Shown piece after piece: positions 1-13,189 of a DNA stretch of 64,000 nucleotides. Numbering within the stretch: position 1 is the first letter of the stretch; each line of letters opens with the position of its first letter. Both the position numbers and the translations under genes were made by a program. Source of the DNA: Gracilinanus agilis (lineage: Eukaryota). The notes under the pieces are model-generated. The model searched no databases. It was given only the letters and a program-made list of their open reading frames with translations, and was not told the origin of the DNA. The DNA is taken from the NCBI RefSeq assembly GCF_016433145.1, contig NC_058132.1, forward strand, positions 250,837,621 to 250,901,620, given 5' to 3'.

Positions 1-1457
1 CATCATTCAGTTACAATTTTAGGATGGAGAACCACGGATGGAGTTTATCACAAACAAGTTGTATTCTCAATGCTTTGGTACCACCAACATTTATATTTAA
101 CTTGTTTTCTATCTGTAAAAAAGAGCTATTAAACAGTTAGAATATAGCTCTACAATACTTTGCCCCTGTGCTTACTTTTAATACATACATAGTTTCTGCA
201 TTTGATTAATCATCAAGATAAAAGAGCTGAATTTACCAGAACTCTTTTTTGTTCACTATCTAAGCAAGATTTGATAAATATTTCTCTCTGAAACTACAGT
301 CTAATCTGAACAACAGAATAGTAAAGACCAAATTAGGGATTCTTTTTTTACACTACCAATGCAATTTAAATAACAAGATTATTATAAAGGAAGAATAACT
401 TAATTTTTCATAAGCTTGTTTTCTGGTGATTCAAATAAAAGGTTCTCCTAATTAATAATTTCAAGTTGAGATTTGAAATAGTTCAAGCTGTACATCTATA
501 AAGTTCCCGACTTGAAAAAATTTTTTAAAAATCAGCTTTAAGATTTTGCAAGTCTCAACATTTTATGTTTTGCATTACTCTCAAAAATTCCCCTGAAATA
601 TTTACCACCTTCTCTACACAGAGCAAAAAGTATGATCAGTTTACACCTTTGAACCAATTTTTTCAATCTCTTAAAATATTTCTTAGTTGAGAATCCTGTC
701 TTCAATCCAATAAAACAGTTGCAAGAATCACCTGGATATGCTCGTATTGGAAGGACATAGCAATATCAACTTTTTAGTCCAACAAAGCTTTGTAAGCCCA
801 AAGACTTTAACCTTCAAGATAAGAGATTATACATTTAAAAACTATAATAAATGACATCAATTAACATGAAAGATAACCAGATAAAAAGCTTTAACCCAGA
901 TACTTAATTTTAATCTTTAAAATGTTAAGAATGAAAAAGGTACAAAGAGCAAAGGTTAAATATTCTAGAAGTATTATTTTCCATTCCCTAAAAAGATGAA
1001 CTACAACAAAACTCATTTTTAAAAAACTAAATTCATACTCCCTCCCCAAGAGCTACAGAACAAATTTTAAGACCAACTGAGTAGGATTTTAATGTCTACT
1101 GAGTTTTCTGGAGGGAAAAAAACATACATGTATAATGATGTGACTTATAATAGATTATATCAGAATTTACAAAAAATTATCTTTTAGTTAATTGAATTTG
1201 ATACTAAGAGTTAAGCCAAGACCATCTTTTTGTTTCAAGTTTATAAAGCATTTCATTAAAATGTGCATTTTTTCCATATTACTAAATGGAATATGTTGAA
1301 CAAAATTCATCCTTTAGAGTTTGCATTCTAAATCCATTTTGCTTACACAATACTATAGGTTGAAGGGGTCCTAGTCCCATCTTCTTTAAGAATTAAGACC
1401 CCTACATAATATAAAAAAATGCCATGGAATCTGACAAGATTAGCATCTTCTCACAGA

Positions 1458-1640
1458 CAGCATGGTACAATGGAAGCTGTGCTGAACTTGGAGAATCAGA
1501 TGCCCTATATTCAATTATCAGCTCTTCCACTTACTACATGGTGATTGTGGGCAAGTCATTTCATTGGTCTGACCTTAAATTTCTCATCTGTGCAATAAGG
1601 TCACTGGACTAAATGGCCTCTAAAGAAAGATCTTTTTCTA
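1458..1640 (+). mobile_element. MIR-type CORE-SINE, degenerate
   Basis: Core-like gggcaagtcatttcattggtctgaccttaaatttctcatctg and tail ggactaaatggcctctaaag. Confidence 0.65.
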
Positions 1641-3477
1641 GTTCTAGAGTTATGATTTTATACTAGAGGGAAAACATGGCAATAAAAAACTATAAATTTA
1701 ATAATATGTTTAAAATGAATTTATATCTATCTGCTTAATTCCAACTCCTATATGCATTAAAAAGTAACAACTAATACTATAAAACTTCCAACAAGCCTAT
1801 TTATTCAAACGGCATATTCTGTTAGAGCTAAATAAAGAACAAAATGACAATACTTGGTACATATGGATTCACAGACCCCTGGTAATAATTGTACAGCTCC
1901 TGAGTTGGGAATCACTGACCCAGAATACATTCTTGAAAAGGGTTTTTTGTATTTGCCTTTTTGGGGATAAACAAACCTCTTCTTCAAACTTGGTTTCCTA
2001 ACATTTGATTTCTCCGAAAAGTTACACACAGAGCAAAAAAGTGTTTTGATTTTTTTGGATTATGGTTAATGTTTTAGAGTAAATGTTCTAAATACAACTC
2101 TAACATTCCATTATTTTACTTAATATAGTATACAATGTATATTTTAATTCATAACTATGCTAAGAAACAGCAATATTAGGACCTAGTGGTGATGTTGTAG
2201 AAAGTAAATCCACTAGATCTGAAGACATAAGTACTTGTTTAAATTTTAGTTATCTCACTTAGTTGGTTGGTCAAATGATTTTATCCTTCTAGGCTCGGGT
2301 TTCCTTATCTGTAAAATGAGATTAGATGTTAATATTAGGATAGATGTCCTTAGGGCCCTTTCATATTTAAATTCTACAATTCTTTAATATTTATGTGATC
2401 ATGAATATAATCGATTTCTGACATGAATTATTTTGTTAATATTTAAATATGACTTTACAATATTGTCTTAACAAAAGTAGTACCATCTAGCTCTAATTTT
2501 TGTTAGTTATTTTTATAGTCAGTAAGAAGAAAAATATGTAGTAGAGACTTCATGACGTTTTACACTTGATTAAAATGGAAACATGACCAAAAACTTTTTT
2601 TAAAACCCATTTTATTAAAGAACCATTCATAAATAGCTAATTTGCCATCTTGTTTATATTAGAAACAATCAATTTCTTATTCTACAAGCAAAAAGAAATC
2701 TCAAATTAGGTGAACCTTAAAAACTTTAATGAGTTTTGTGTTATATTTGACTTACAGTGGATTTGCACTCTTCTTTTTGCTTCACTAAATTCCAAGGCAA
2801 AATTTTTGAAAAAATTAAGAATATTTTACAATGAAAACTTTAACATAAACACAATACTTGTGAAGCATCACTGTCATACCTTATTCAAAAGCTAAAATTT
2901 CATTACTGAAAACAGAATACTATCTTCTCTAAAAGAGCAGTAAGTTAAAAAAAAGTTCTATAAAATACAAGACTCATGTTCCTTATAACAAGATACTATA
3001 TGTGCTTGATCTGTAGCATTTTGAACTGTATTATAGCCTCCTCTCAAATTTAATCCATATTAATGGGAGACAGGGACAATATGGGTAACAAATTTATGCA
3101 TAATAAAACTCCCATTTTTAGCCATTTAATTTCAACTTCTTCTACTAAACCTTTTACCAGAACTTAGCAATTAGCAAAAATGACTGATTTGAGTTTCTCC
3201 TCTAATCTTTATCCATGCTCAGCAACACTAAATAAGCAGTGATCTTACCATAAGGTGTTCAGCAGGACATGAATGGATGGTCACATATAATTCACAAAAA
3301 AAGGGACAAAGTTTCTGAATAATCAAGAGTTAACTATATTGAAAAGGCAAATCTCAAAAGGAAGAAATACGAGCTATTAGCAACTATATTTTTTAAAATG
3401 CTCTAAACTCACTATTTAAAGAATTAAAACAATTCTGAACTTCTACCTCTCAACTATCAAGACTATCAAAGACTATA

Positions 3478-3654
3478 GGGGGCTGCTGGGTAGCTCGGTG
3501 GATTGAAAGCCAGGAGGTCCTAGGTTCAAATCTGGCCTCAGACACTTCCCAGCCATGTGACCCTGGGCAAGTCACTTGACCCCCATTGCCTAGCCCTTAT
3601 CACTCTTCTGCCTTGGAGCCAATACACAGTATTGTGTAAAAAAAAAAAAAAAAA
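3478..3654 (+). mobile_element. SINE1_Mdo-like SINE with shortened 3' end
   Basis: tRNA-derived head, core tgtgaccctgggcaagtcacttgaccccc, poly(A); 19-bp TSD aagactatcaaagactata (3459-3477 and 3653-3671). Confidence 0.92.
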
Positions 3655-3679
3655 GACTATCAAAGACTATAAAAAGGAA

Positions 3680-4300
3680 AGAAAATGACAAATGTGGGAA
3701 GGGTTGCAGGAAAACGGGCACACTAAAACAGCTGTTACTTGGTACAATTATTCTAGAAAGCAATTTCAAACTATGTTCAAAAAGTCATTAAATTGTGCAT
3801 ATTCTTATACTACTAGGAATACCACTTATAGGCCTATGCCTAGAAAACTCAAAAAAAGGAAGAAAAGAGCTCTTATTTTTAAAAATACTTATGGCAATCC
3901 TTTTTGTTAAATAGCAAAAACTGAAAATTAAGGAGGCATCTATTGATTAGGGAATAACTGAAAAAATCATGGCACCTGAATGTAAGGTATATGCCATAAA
4001 AAATGATGAAAAGGACTGTTAGAGAAAACAAGGAAGAATTTTATGAATTTCTATTCAAAGACTTAAGTGAATAGAATCAGAACAGTTTATACAATAACAT
4101 TTGCTAACCTTTATTCTACTTACACCCTCACAGAGACAGGTAATGGATTCAAGATGAAGAATTTTTGAATTTAGACAATATGAAAATTTGTTTTCTTAAC
4201 TGTCTACTTGTTTAAAGAAATTTGTTTTTCTTATTTTTTTTCTAGTGGAGAAAGAAGATGGAAGGAAAAATATTCTTATTAGAGTTCTTCCCTCCATCAT
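3680..4300 (+). mobile_element. Old L1 ORF2 3' end/3'UTR fragment
   Basis: Resembles the L1 C-terminal region (ttattctagaaagcaatt...actactagg...cttttttgttaaatagcaaaaaactgaaa), heavily decayed. Confidence 0.6.
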
Positions 4301-5227
4301 TCCCCCAAAAAAGAAAAAAAGAAGGCTATGAATAAAAGGAAGACCAGAAGAAAACACAAACATGACAGTTTTGAAAATTATCTGTTGGATGTGGATTTAT
4401 CATCTGCTTAAAAGAAAAAGCAAATTACATATAATAAAGATTTGCGGTTTCATGTTCAATCTTTTTTCTGTTTTAATGTTAATTTTATTTGGTGTTGGTT
4501 AAGTTTTTAAAAATTGTTTAAAACTGATTTGTTAAAACACAATAAGGACTATTTTATTTGTAAAGATGATAGTGTCCAGTTGGGAGGAAATCCTAATTAT
4601 AATGAGAAAAGAAGGTAAATTCAATTTTAAATGAATCTGAAGGTTATCTCGTTTTAAGTTAGAAAAAAAAAAAGATGTCAATGTCACTATAAAGGAAAAT
4701 TTGAAAAAATAAAATAAAATACACTTAAAATCAAAATTAGGAAGTACTCTGATTTACTGATATGAATGAGAAAACACTTTTTCATTTAATTTTCTAAAGT
4801 GACTTGCATTTAAGTGTAGCTAATGAGGAAAAGAAACCTAACAATTTCATTTGTATAGTAATTTTGTTTGCAGAGCCTTTATTTTTTGTAACTCTGCTTT
4901 AAATGTATGATTATTCTGATTCCCTTATTTTTTAAGCCACCTCTATTTCCAAATATTGAGTTAATTATCTGTTGCTATTCTATGCAGATTTTCAACATTT
5001 AAAACAATTATGGAATAGAATGTTCTTTAGTTTCCATATAGCTACAACTGGATTATAAAAGTGGTCTATTGGCTACTGCTCTCTATCTTTATTTCCTACT
5101 TCCATGCCCTTTATCTTGTATATTATGGCTTAAAGATATCTTAATTTCATATACCTCCTTGATAAAGAGCTACAGCAGTGACTGGTACTTGGTGCCACCC
5201 TCATCAAGCATGAATTTCTCAATGAAC

Positions 5228-6261
5228 TGTTATAAAGAAGTAAGCAAAATGTTGATAATGGGGAGGAATAACAGGGATAAAGGGTGGTAGGAGGAGGAAT
5301 GAAGGGGATAGCTGAGTGTAAGGGATGAATGGGTAGTATATAGGAAGGTAAGGGAATGGATGGGAGTATACAGGAGGACTGCTCAAACAGGCTAGTCACT
5401 GAGGCTAGAGACAGAGAATACTGGGGGGAAACTGACAGGATCTTTCAAGCAGGGAAAGTAACTCTATGATACTGGAGGAATTGGGCCAGTCAGAAATGTT
5501 TAGATCTGGCTGGAGGGTTTTCTCTTGTTAATTTCTAAGTCCCTAGAGGGAGAGGTCAAAAGGCTCCTCCCTGCCAGTGAAACTGATGTCTGCAGGAAGT
5601 CTTGGCTGGGTACTTCCTGCCCAAGATGGATGCCTAGGTTTCCCTCAAGAAATAAAAGGAAAGTAATCTCTTCCCTTTTAGCCTTTGCCTTAATATTCAA
5701 AACAATGATTCACCAGAGGCTTTGTGTAGGTAACAAAGGGGATTTATTGATGGCAGGGATAAATTGAGGGAGAGAGGGTTTCAGAATTTATAGCTGCTGC
5801 TAGGGAGAAAGCTGGTGTTGGGAGAAGGGTCTCAGGAGAGAGGGACAGACTGAGAGAGACCGGCTCTCCCAGTCAGGAAGGATTCACTGCTCTGGAGTAA
5901 AGTATTTATCAGATCACTAAATAAGGGGTGGCTTGATTTAGGATGTCCTATTTGCCTACAGAAGCTAAACCCACAATGTCCAACCACCAAAACCACCCTT
6001 CCTCCCAGGGCCCAAAGGGGAAATTCAAGGAAACAGGAGGGATGTAAATGGAGAGATCAGGGAGAGGTCCAGAGAAATCAGGCTAGGTACAAATGCCCCA
6101 AAGACAATAAGCACAGGCCAATGCTGAAGCCAAAAAGCAAAGGCCCTTCGGCTGGAGTTTCAGCACTATTTATAGTATCAGGCTTCAACTGTCTTTCTGT
6201 GAATATTCTAAAAATCTAACTGCCAGGGCTGTGCAATTGAATTTGCAAAAGCAAAAAACTA
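5228..6261 (-). mobile_element. LTR-like (ERV) insertion of ~1.03 kb
   Basis: GC-elevated block starting TG at 5228 (CA end on minus); minus-strand caataaatcccc poly(A)-signal motif near 5740; flanked by a 39-bp direct repeat (see findings). Confidence 0.5.
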
Positions 6262-7989
6262 TTGCTGCAATCCTCATCAAGCATGAACTTCTCAATGAAC
6301 TTAGCTCTAAAATTCAACTTTATTTCCCATCTCTATCTAGTGATATTATTCCTAAGGTGCTACTCCCAGCCCTCTACATACATCATACTCATTCCCAAAT
6401 CACCATTTATTGACTCATAATTTTTCTCTCAAACTAGAAAAATTTTCAATTTTTCCTCAATACAAATACAAAGTACCCACCTTAAGGTTGAGAGTCAAAA
6501 GAATATTGCCTTCTAAAAACAGGTATAAAATTGAGGATGCCCACTACCACCATTTTTATTTGGAATGGTATTGGAAATTCAAATAATTGCAATGAGACTG
6601 AAAAAAAGTTATTAGAGGGACAGACAATAATTGATAAGCCACAGTAATGTAATAAAAATGATAACATACTCTTATTAATTTATCAAATGGAACACAAAAT
6701 CAAATCATGCCTAAATCTGGCAAAAATAATTATAAGCAATAAAACTAAAAGACAATGGGGATTCTAGACACACAAGTACACTCACTGAATGCCACTGGAA
6801 TTCCAAAGTCAGTTCATCCCTGAGTGATGCAATCTAACAGTATGAGGTAGAATTTATAAAAATAATCATATCCTCTCTGAGATCCAACAATTGCAGTCTA
6901 GGAAACATATGCTTGAAATATTAAAGAAAAAAACCTGATGAAAAATCTTCTTACCAATACTACTTATAACTGGAAAAACTAGATGCAGTTTAAATGTTCA
7001 TCAGTGGGTAAGAGAAAAATCTTCTCTCCCTTTAAATCTAACAGCTTTCAAATCCCAGTTCATCTCACCTGTTTCAAAAAGCTTTCTCTATAGCAGTTTC
7101 TCTTAGTAGTGGGTATCACAATTTCACCCCTAAGTGTTCTCTAGTTTAACTTAAATCAGTGTTTTCTCCCTCAGCTAGATGATAAATTCCTTAATAGTAG
7201 GGCCATGTTTTGTTACATTTTTATCAGTGCCTACTATGATTCTGAAAACATAATAAGTACTCAATATATGCTCAATGATAAAAATAATTCAATGATTTTG
7301 ATACATATCCTATTTAGGTGACATTAATTTATATACAAGATGACAACTCAAATATTAGAATACATATAACCTTGAACAACTTGTAAAGGAAGAAAAGGGG
7401 CAACAAGCCCACTTTAAAAATTGAACTAACTCCAGATTTTCTTTCCCTCCTTAAAAAAAAGGGGAAATAAATAAGGGATGGCAAGGGGAATGTTTGAACA
7501 CATTTAAATGGTTTTTGACCAGAAGAGAATAAGACTCTATAAAGTAACTTAAAATCAAAGAACATTGATTTTTTAGTGAAAATGTACTTCTAAATGGAAA
7601 AAACAGGTTTTCAAGCATGGAACAATTAGAAGTCAATGTAAACACATAGCTATTTTCACTGTATACAATATTTGAAAGATTTATCAATAATTAAGTCAAT
7701 ATTTCTTTTGGAAGAAATCAATTCAGCTCAGTTAGCTTAAACTAAAAAAACAGTCCACAGACAATAATGAGTTTGATGAGAATAAATACCAATAGCACTT
7801 TAAAAAGAATAACTAACTTGACTTATGTTTGAATGATTTAATGGCATTTAATTGTGAAAACTACATATTAATAAGCCTTCCATGATAAATGCTAAGTTAA
7901 GATTACATCTTTTCAAAATAGATGCAGCTCCCATACTGGATATGAATGGTAGTTAGGGAGTCAACTCAAAATAAGTTCAAGTCTCTGAC

Positions 7990-10900
7990 ACATACTGGCT
8001 ATTGCGCTAAGCACTGGAGATAAAGAATGAGGCAAGACACAGTTTCTATCCTTAAGGAGCTCATAAACTAATGGCAGAGATAACAAGCAAACAAATAAGT
8101 GCAAATAAGCTATATATGAATAAATGGGAAATAATTAACAGAAGGAATGCACTAGAATTAAGAGGAATTAGGAAAGGATTCCTGCAGAGGATGAGATTTT
8201 AGTTGGAACATAAAGGAAGCCACAGATGAAGATGAGGAGGGAGAACACACCAGGCATAAAGACAGCCAGAGAAAATTCCAAGAGAGGTGATGTGGGAGTG
8301 TCTTAAAAGTCACCGAATAGCAAAGAGGCAAGTATCACTGGATGGAAAAATACAAGATGGGGAGTAAATTGTAAGAAGACCAGAAAGTTAGAAAAGGGTT
8401 AGGTTATGAAAGGATTTGAATACCAAATAGAACAGGGGGACAGTAGAATTTCTGAATAAAGAGAGTAATATGATCAGATAGGTACTTTAGGGAAATCAAT
8501 GAATAGAGGAGAGGCTTAATGCAGACAGACAGGCTACTCCATAAGTATGAGGTGATGAAGGCCTGTAAGAGAGCAAAGGTAGCTGTAGAGGAAAGAGAGG
8601 AGTATATTCGAGAGATGTTAGAAAGGCGAAACTGACAGACTTTAGCAATAGATTGGATAGAAGGGTTGAGAGTTATTAAGGATGATGCCTTGGTTGGGAC
8701 TAGGAGGAGAGTGTTGCCCTCCACAGTAATAGGAGAGTTAGGAATGGAGGAGGGTTTACGGGAAAGATGAATTCAGTATCAAACATGTTGAGTTAAAGAT
8801 GTCTACTGGCATCCAATTCTAGATATCTGAAAGATAAGTTGAAGGTTCATAACTGGAAGTCAACAGATAGGTTAGTACAAGATAGGTAGATTTGAGAATC
8901 TCTGCATCATAATTAAATCCATGGGAGTTAATGAGATCATCAAGTGAGCTAGTGTAGATGGAGAAGAGAAGGGGGCCTATGATAGAACCCTGTGGCATAC
9001 CTATGATTAGAGAGTATGATGTAGATGAGGATCCAGGGAAAAGAGCCTGAGAAATGGTCAGAGGTAGAAAGAGTGATGTCCCAAAAACCTAGAGAAAAGA
9101 GTATCAAAAAGGTGAGACTAATCAACTTTTCATAGAACTTCCTGATCACAGGAAGGCTGCATAAATATTTTTGTTTGAAGTGCATAAATATTGAGAAAAG
9201 GCCATTAGATTTGGCAAAGAACAGATCAATAGTAATTTGGAGAGAGTAGTATCAGTGGAATGATGAGAGTGGAAGCCAGATTGTAAGGAGTTAAGAAGAG
9301 AAGAGAAAACAGAGGTACCTATTGTATAGATGGTCTTTTCAAGGAGCTTAGCCTCAAAGAGAAAAAAAGGTCACAGCAGAGATAGAACGAGAGCTTTTTC
9401 CAAGATGGAGGTGGCATGGGTGATTCTGTGGGTAGAATGGAAGGAGCCAATGAAAAAGAAAGATTGCAAATGAGTCACAGAATGGGGACGACAGGAGGCA
9501 AATCTGTTGGGAGGAGATGGGAGAGAGTAGGCAGAGGGGTTAACTTTGGCAAGAAGTAAGTAAGGTGGGGCAGCTGGGTAGCTCAGTGGATTGAGAGTCA
9601 GGCCTAGAGACGGGAGGTCCTAGGTTCAAATCCAGCCTCAGACACTTCCCAGCTGTGTGACCCTGGGCAAGTCACTTGACCCCCATCGCCCACCCTTACC
9701 ACTCTTCCTCCAAGAAGCCAATACACAGAAGTTAAGGGTTAAAAAAAAAAAAAAAAAAAGGCCACCTTATCATGAGTGATGGGTGGAAGAGAGTGGCAGA
9801 AGACAAATGAGCAATATGTGAGGAGGAAGAGAGGGGAAGAAGCTCATGGCAGATGGCCCCCAAATTTTCTATAAAATATGAAGCAAAGTTCTCAGGTGAG
9901 GGGGAGGAGGGGAACCTTGGAAAGTTTGAGGAGGAAGGAATAGGTTTAGAAGACCTACTGTAGAAAATGGCACAATGAATGCTTAAGGTAGCAAATCAGA
10001 GTGTCTAGCAGCAATAACAGTCTTGTTGAGGTGGTGTGGTATAAACTGGTGTGGTATAAACTCCAATCAGAACAGTTGTGTGATTTTCTTCATCTTCTTT
10101 AGCAGCAGAATATAGGATCAGTGTGTATGATAGATGGTGGCAGTGATCCAAGGCTGAGGCTTGGGAGGCTCTGCAACTGGCAAAATGATAAGGAGACTAA
10201 GGACTCAAGAGTCTGAGCTAAAATTTGAATCCAAGACTTTCCATCTCTGAGCCTGTCTCTCTATCCATTAAGCTACCTAGATGCCCCTGAGGTAAGAGAT
10301 TTATGGGTAATGGCAAGATCAGGGGCATGACAATCTTTGTGTATAGCTGAGATGGGTTGTAGGAGTAGCTTATGGGAAGGGAATAGGTTGAGGAAATAAA
10401 TGATTACAGCGTATGAGAAAGAGTCAATTTAAATGTTAAAGTTGTATGAGGACAGGAGTTGAAGTGGATAAAAATACTGTGAACCATGTACCAAACTCCT
10501 TGAAGAAAGAAGGGGAGCAGCCTAGAGTCTGTTGACAACAGCCACCAGGATTTTGATTAGGAGGTATAGGATGAACCTCCAAGATAGAGAAGTTACTGAT
10601 TGGTGGAGAAGGGAAAAAATGCTAAAGTGGCAAAAAGGGAGCAGAAAGTATTAGGATTCCCCCACTTTGGCCAGTCAGCCAAAGCAAATGAATGAAGGTA
10701 CATTCAATACTAGGAAGGGTGGCCAGGAAATCTATGTCCAGGTTTCAGCAAGTAAATGGAAGGAGCAGGAGAGGAAAAACTTTAGGATGAAGGGAAGTTT
10801 ATTGCCTTTGGAACGATCACAACAGAAGATGTAGAAAGGTGGGATTTGGTTAGAACTTTAGGGTGGAAGAGCTGAGGGGGATGAGAATAAAGAATCAGGT

Positions 10901-10990
10901 GGGGTGGGTATGGGTAATAGAGTTTGTATGATGACCTACAATGTTTCAGAATCAATGGGATGTATAGAGTATGACGGGGTAAGAGTGTCT
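7990..10990 (-). mobile_element. Long L2 (LINE2) remnant, interrupted by a SINE
   Basis: ORFs 8404..8724 (SIQSIAKVCQFRLSNISRI) and 8949..9185 (SLGFWDITLS) match the L2 ORF2 RT/C-terminal region; L2 3' tail at the left end. Confidence 0.8.
9567..9759 (+). mobile_element. SINE1_Mdo-like SINE inside L2
   Basis: ggggcagctgggtagctcagtggattgagag head, core, 19-A tail. Confidence 0.93.
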
Positions 10991-13068
10991 TTCATGGAAG
11001 GGCCACTGCTCTTCTCAAAGGTGGTTGGAGATCAGGTTGGAGATGAATATAACATGAAATAGAAGGCACATTATTAGTGGGACACACTTTCACTACCTCT
11101 TCCCTCCAAAAGTTGGAAATTAAGCAAGACATGGAGCAGCAAAAGATTGAAGTCAAACTTGCAAAACACAAGAACAGAGTCCCATTCCCCACCAAATTTC
11201 TTCTTCCTCCCCTCAAAGGACAGGCATTGCCAGAAATGGAAGGCCAAAGATCAAAGAGAAGACTGCTTCTCTTTGCAGAGAATATTCTGCCCAGCCTTGT
11301 CTCTTATTGCTTTCCCTTAGGGGACACACACAGGAGATGGGAGGCACATGGACTGAGAGAGGGCTGGATCCTCTTCGCACCTAAGGCTGAAGATCAAGCA
11401 GCATAGGAGGAAGAGATAGACCAAAGGGCAGGATGAATTTGCTTTGGGACAGATGGAAGTCACTCAGCCTGCCTAAGGAAGTTATTTAACCTTTAAATTC
11501 CTTAGGCAATACTTTAAGGCTATTAAATTGCAACATAGTTGCAGAACTGCACTGGTATAGAAAGTTTCTTCACTAGAAGCTCCCTAAACCAATGAAATTA
11601 CATGTCTGGACCTTAGAAACAATCTTTTTAAAAAACTGGAGTCGTCACAACTTATCTTTGGTCTCACCTCCATTGCCATTTTAAATGCACATAAATGTAC
11701 ACTGCATATAAATAACCAGGATAGAAGCTGCAGATCAGCATTAGTTGTGGCAGTTTCTTTACCACTAAGCTCCATATACCAATGAAATGGATCTGGTCCT
11801 CCATCCCTACCCCACCCTAGCCTGATACATCTTCTCAACCAATTTAGAACATGGAGCAAAAAACACAAGTAGGGGAGAAAAAAGGCTCCTGAAGAGACAA
11901 AACGAACTCTTCTATGCAATAAAATCACTTATACCCTTACTTGAGGCTTGTTTATTCTTATTTTGCACCCTAATTTTAAAAAGTTTTTTATCTGATATCA
12001 CAATCAACTGGCCAGTTATTAGAGGTAGATATACTAATATTAATTAATGATAATCATGAGCAAAGGAATATATAAAAAAAACTATAAAAATAGACAAGAA
12101 CTCAAGAGAAGTCCAGGGCTATGCCTGTGTTATAGTCAAATATAAAAATGTGTAAAAAAGGTTAAATTTGCTCAATAAACTCTATTTATAGCACAAATGA
12201 AATGCCTTTTGAAAGATTTCCATACAGTATAGGTAAAATAAAAACTTTTAAATATTTACTGTGATAAGCCCTTGTTTGGGAATCTTCATCAATAGAAAAT
12301 AGCTGGATAAATTATGGTGTATAGATGTAATGGAATATTATTGCACTCTAAGAAATAATGAAAGTGTCAGATTCAGAGAAATCTGAAAAGACTTATATGA
12401 ATTAATAGGGCAATTTTTATATTGTGAAGGAAAACAGCTCTTCCAGACTGAGAAATTCTGACCAGTGCAATGCCCAATCATGAATCTCTAGAAACCTCAT
12501 CAGTTTGGATTTGGAATACAGAAAAACATATTCAAAATACTCAACTTCACTCTTGCCTTGAAGTCCTTATGAGAGAATATTAACAACAAAAATAGTAACA
12601 AAATCTCTATGAGATTTGAATCAGAAGTATGAAAACAGTGACTAATGAGGGAAATGGTAAAAGTAGTTACAAAGTTTCCAAAAAGAGAATTTAGATATTT
12701 TCTTCTATCCCCATGATTTCCATTCCTTTATATTACATAAAATGTGCAACAGTGAAGCTTCTCAATAAAGTTTTCTTGATCCATAATCAAAAAGCAATGG
12801 GAACAGAACTTTAAGTGTTTGCAAGGAAAATGCAATATTTGGACAAAAGGTCAAGGTGAAACAGTGTATAGAAAAATGACTAAGGAATCAGGAAGGAGTA
12901 GGAAAAATGGCTACATAATTTAATGAGTAGTAGAAGTAACAACTGACAATTTACTATACGTATTCTAAAAGTAGATAAAATAGTTTCTCTCTTACCTAAA
13001 ATGCTTAGAATAATGTAATATTTTAAACAATTAAAAATACAGTGAAAGTGTATTATTTCTACTTTTAC

Positions 13069-13189
13069 CTCTACACAGTCGAAATTCTCACTAACTTTAG
13101 ATGCATATTCAATTCGAAACAGTGTTGACAGGTTACCAGCATTATAGTATAAAATGATCTTAAGGCCCTTGTAACCAAAGACAGTTTCA
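13069..13189 (-). CDS. HAT1: HAT1 exon 4 (121 nt), (D)ETVFGYKGLKIILYYNAGNLSTLFRIEYASKVSENFDCVE
   Basis: Acceptor ttcccttccag|T, donor GAG|gtaaaa. Homologous to human ETAFGYKGLKILLYYIAGSLSTMFRVEYASKVDENFDCVE; ends in phase 0. Confidence 0.96.

Noticed and set aside
3249-3314. Possible in-frame 66-nt cassette exon in intron 4 (donor ATG|gtaaga, peptide KLCPFFCELYVTIHSCPAEHLM)
   Set aside because: The donor is strong but the acceptor is weak and the peptide is not HAT1-like; such sites are common in long introns.
11584-11928. 114-aa minus ORF, and a plus-frame KTGVVTTYLWSHLHCH resembling a BED finger
   Set aside because: Overlaps two CORE-SINE tails (accaatgaaat motif); the peptide resemblance is too short and is bounded by stops.
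12690-12900. Complex-looking sequence just downstream of exon 4, first tested as HAT1 exon 5
   Set aside because: No frame matches ADDVEGKIRQIIPPGF; no exon 5 was found anywhere in the window. It could be a conserved intronic element, but I cannot show that.
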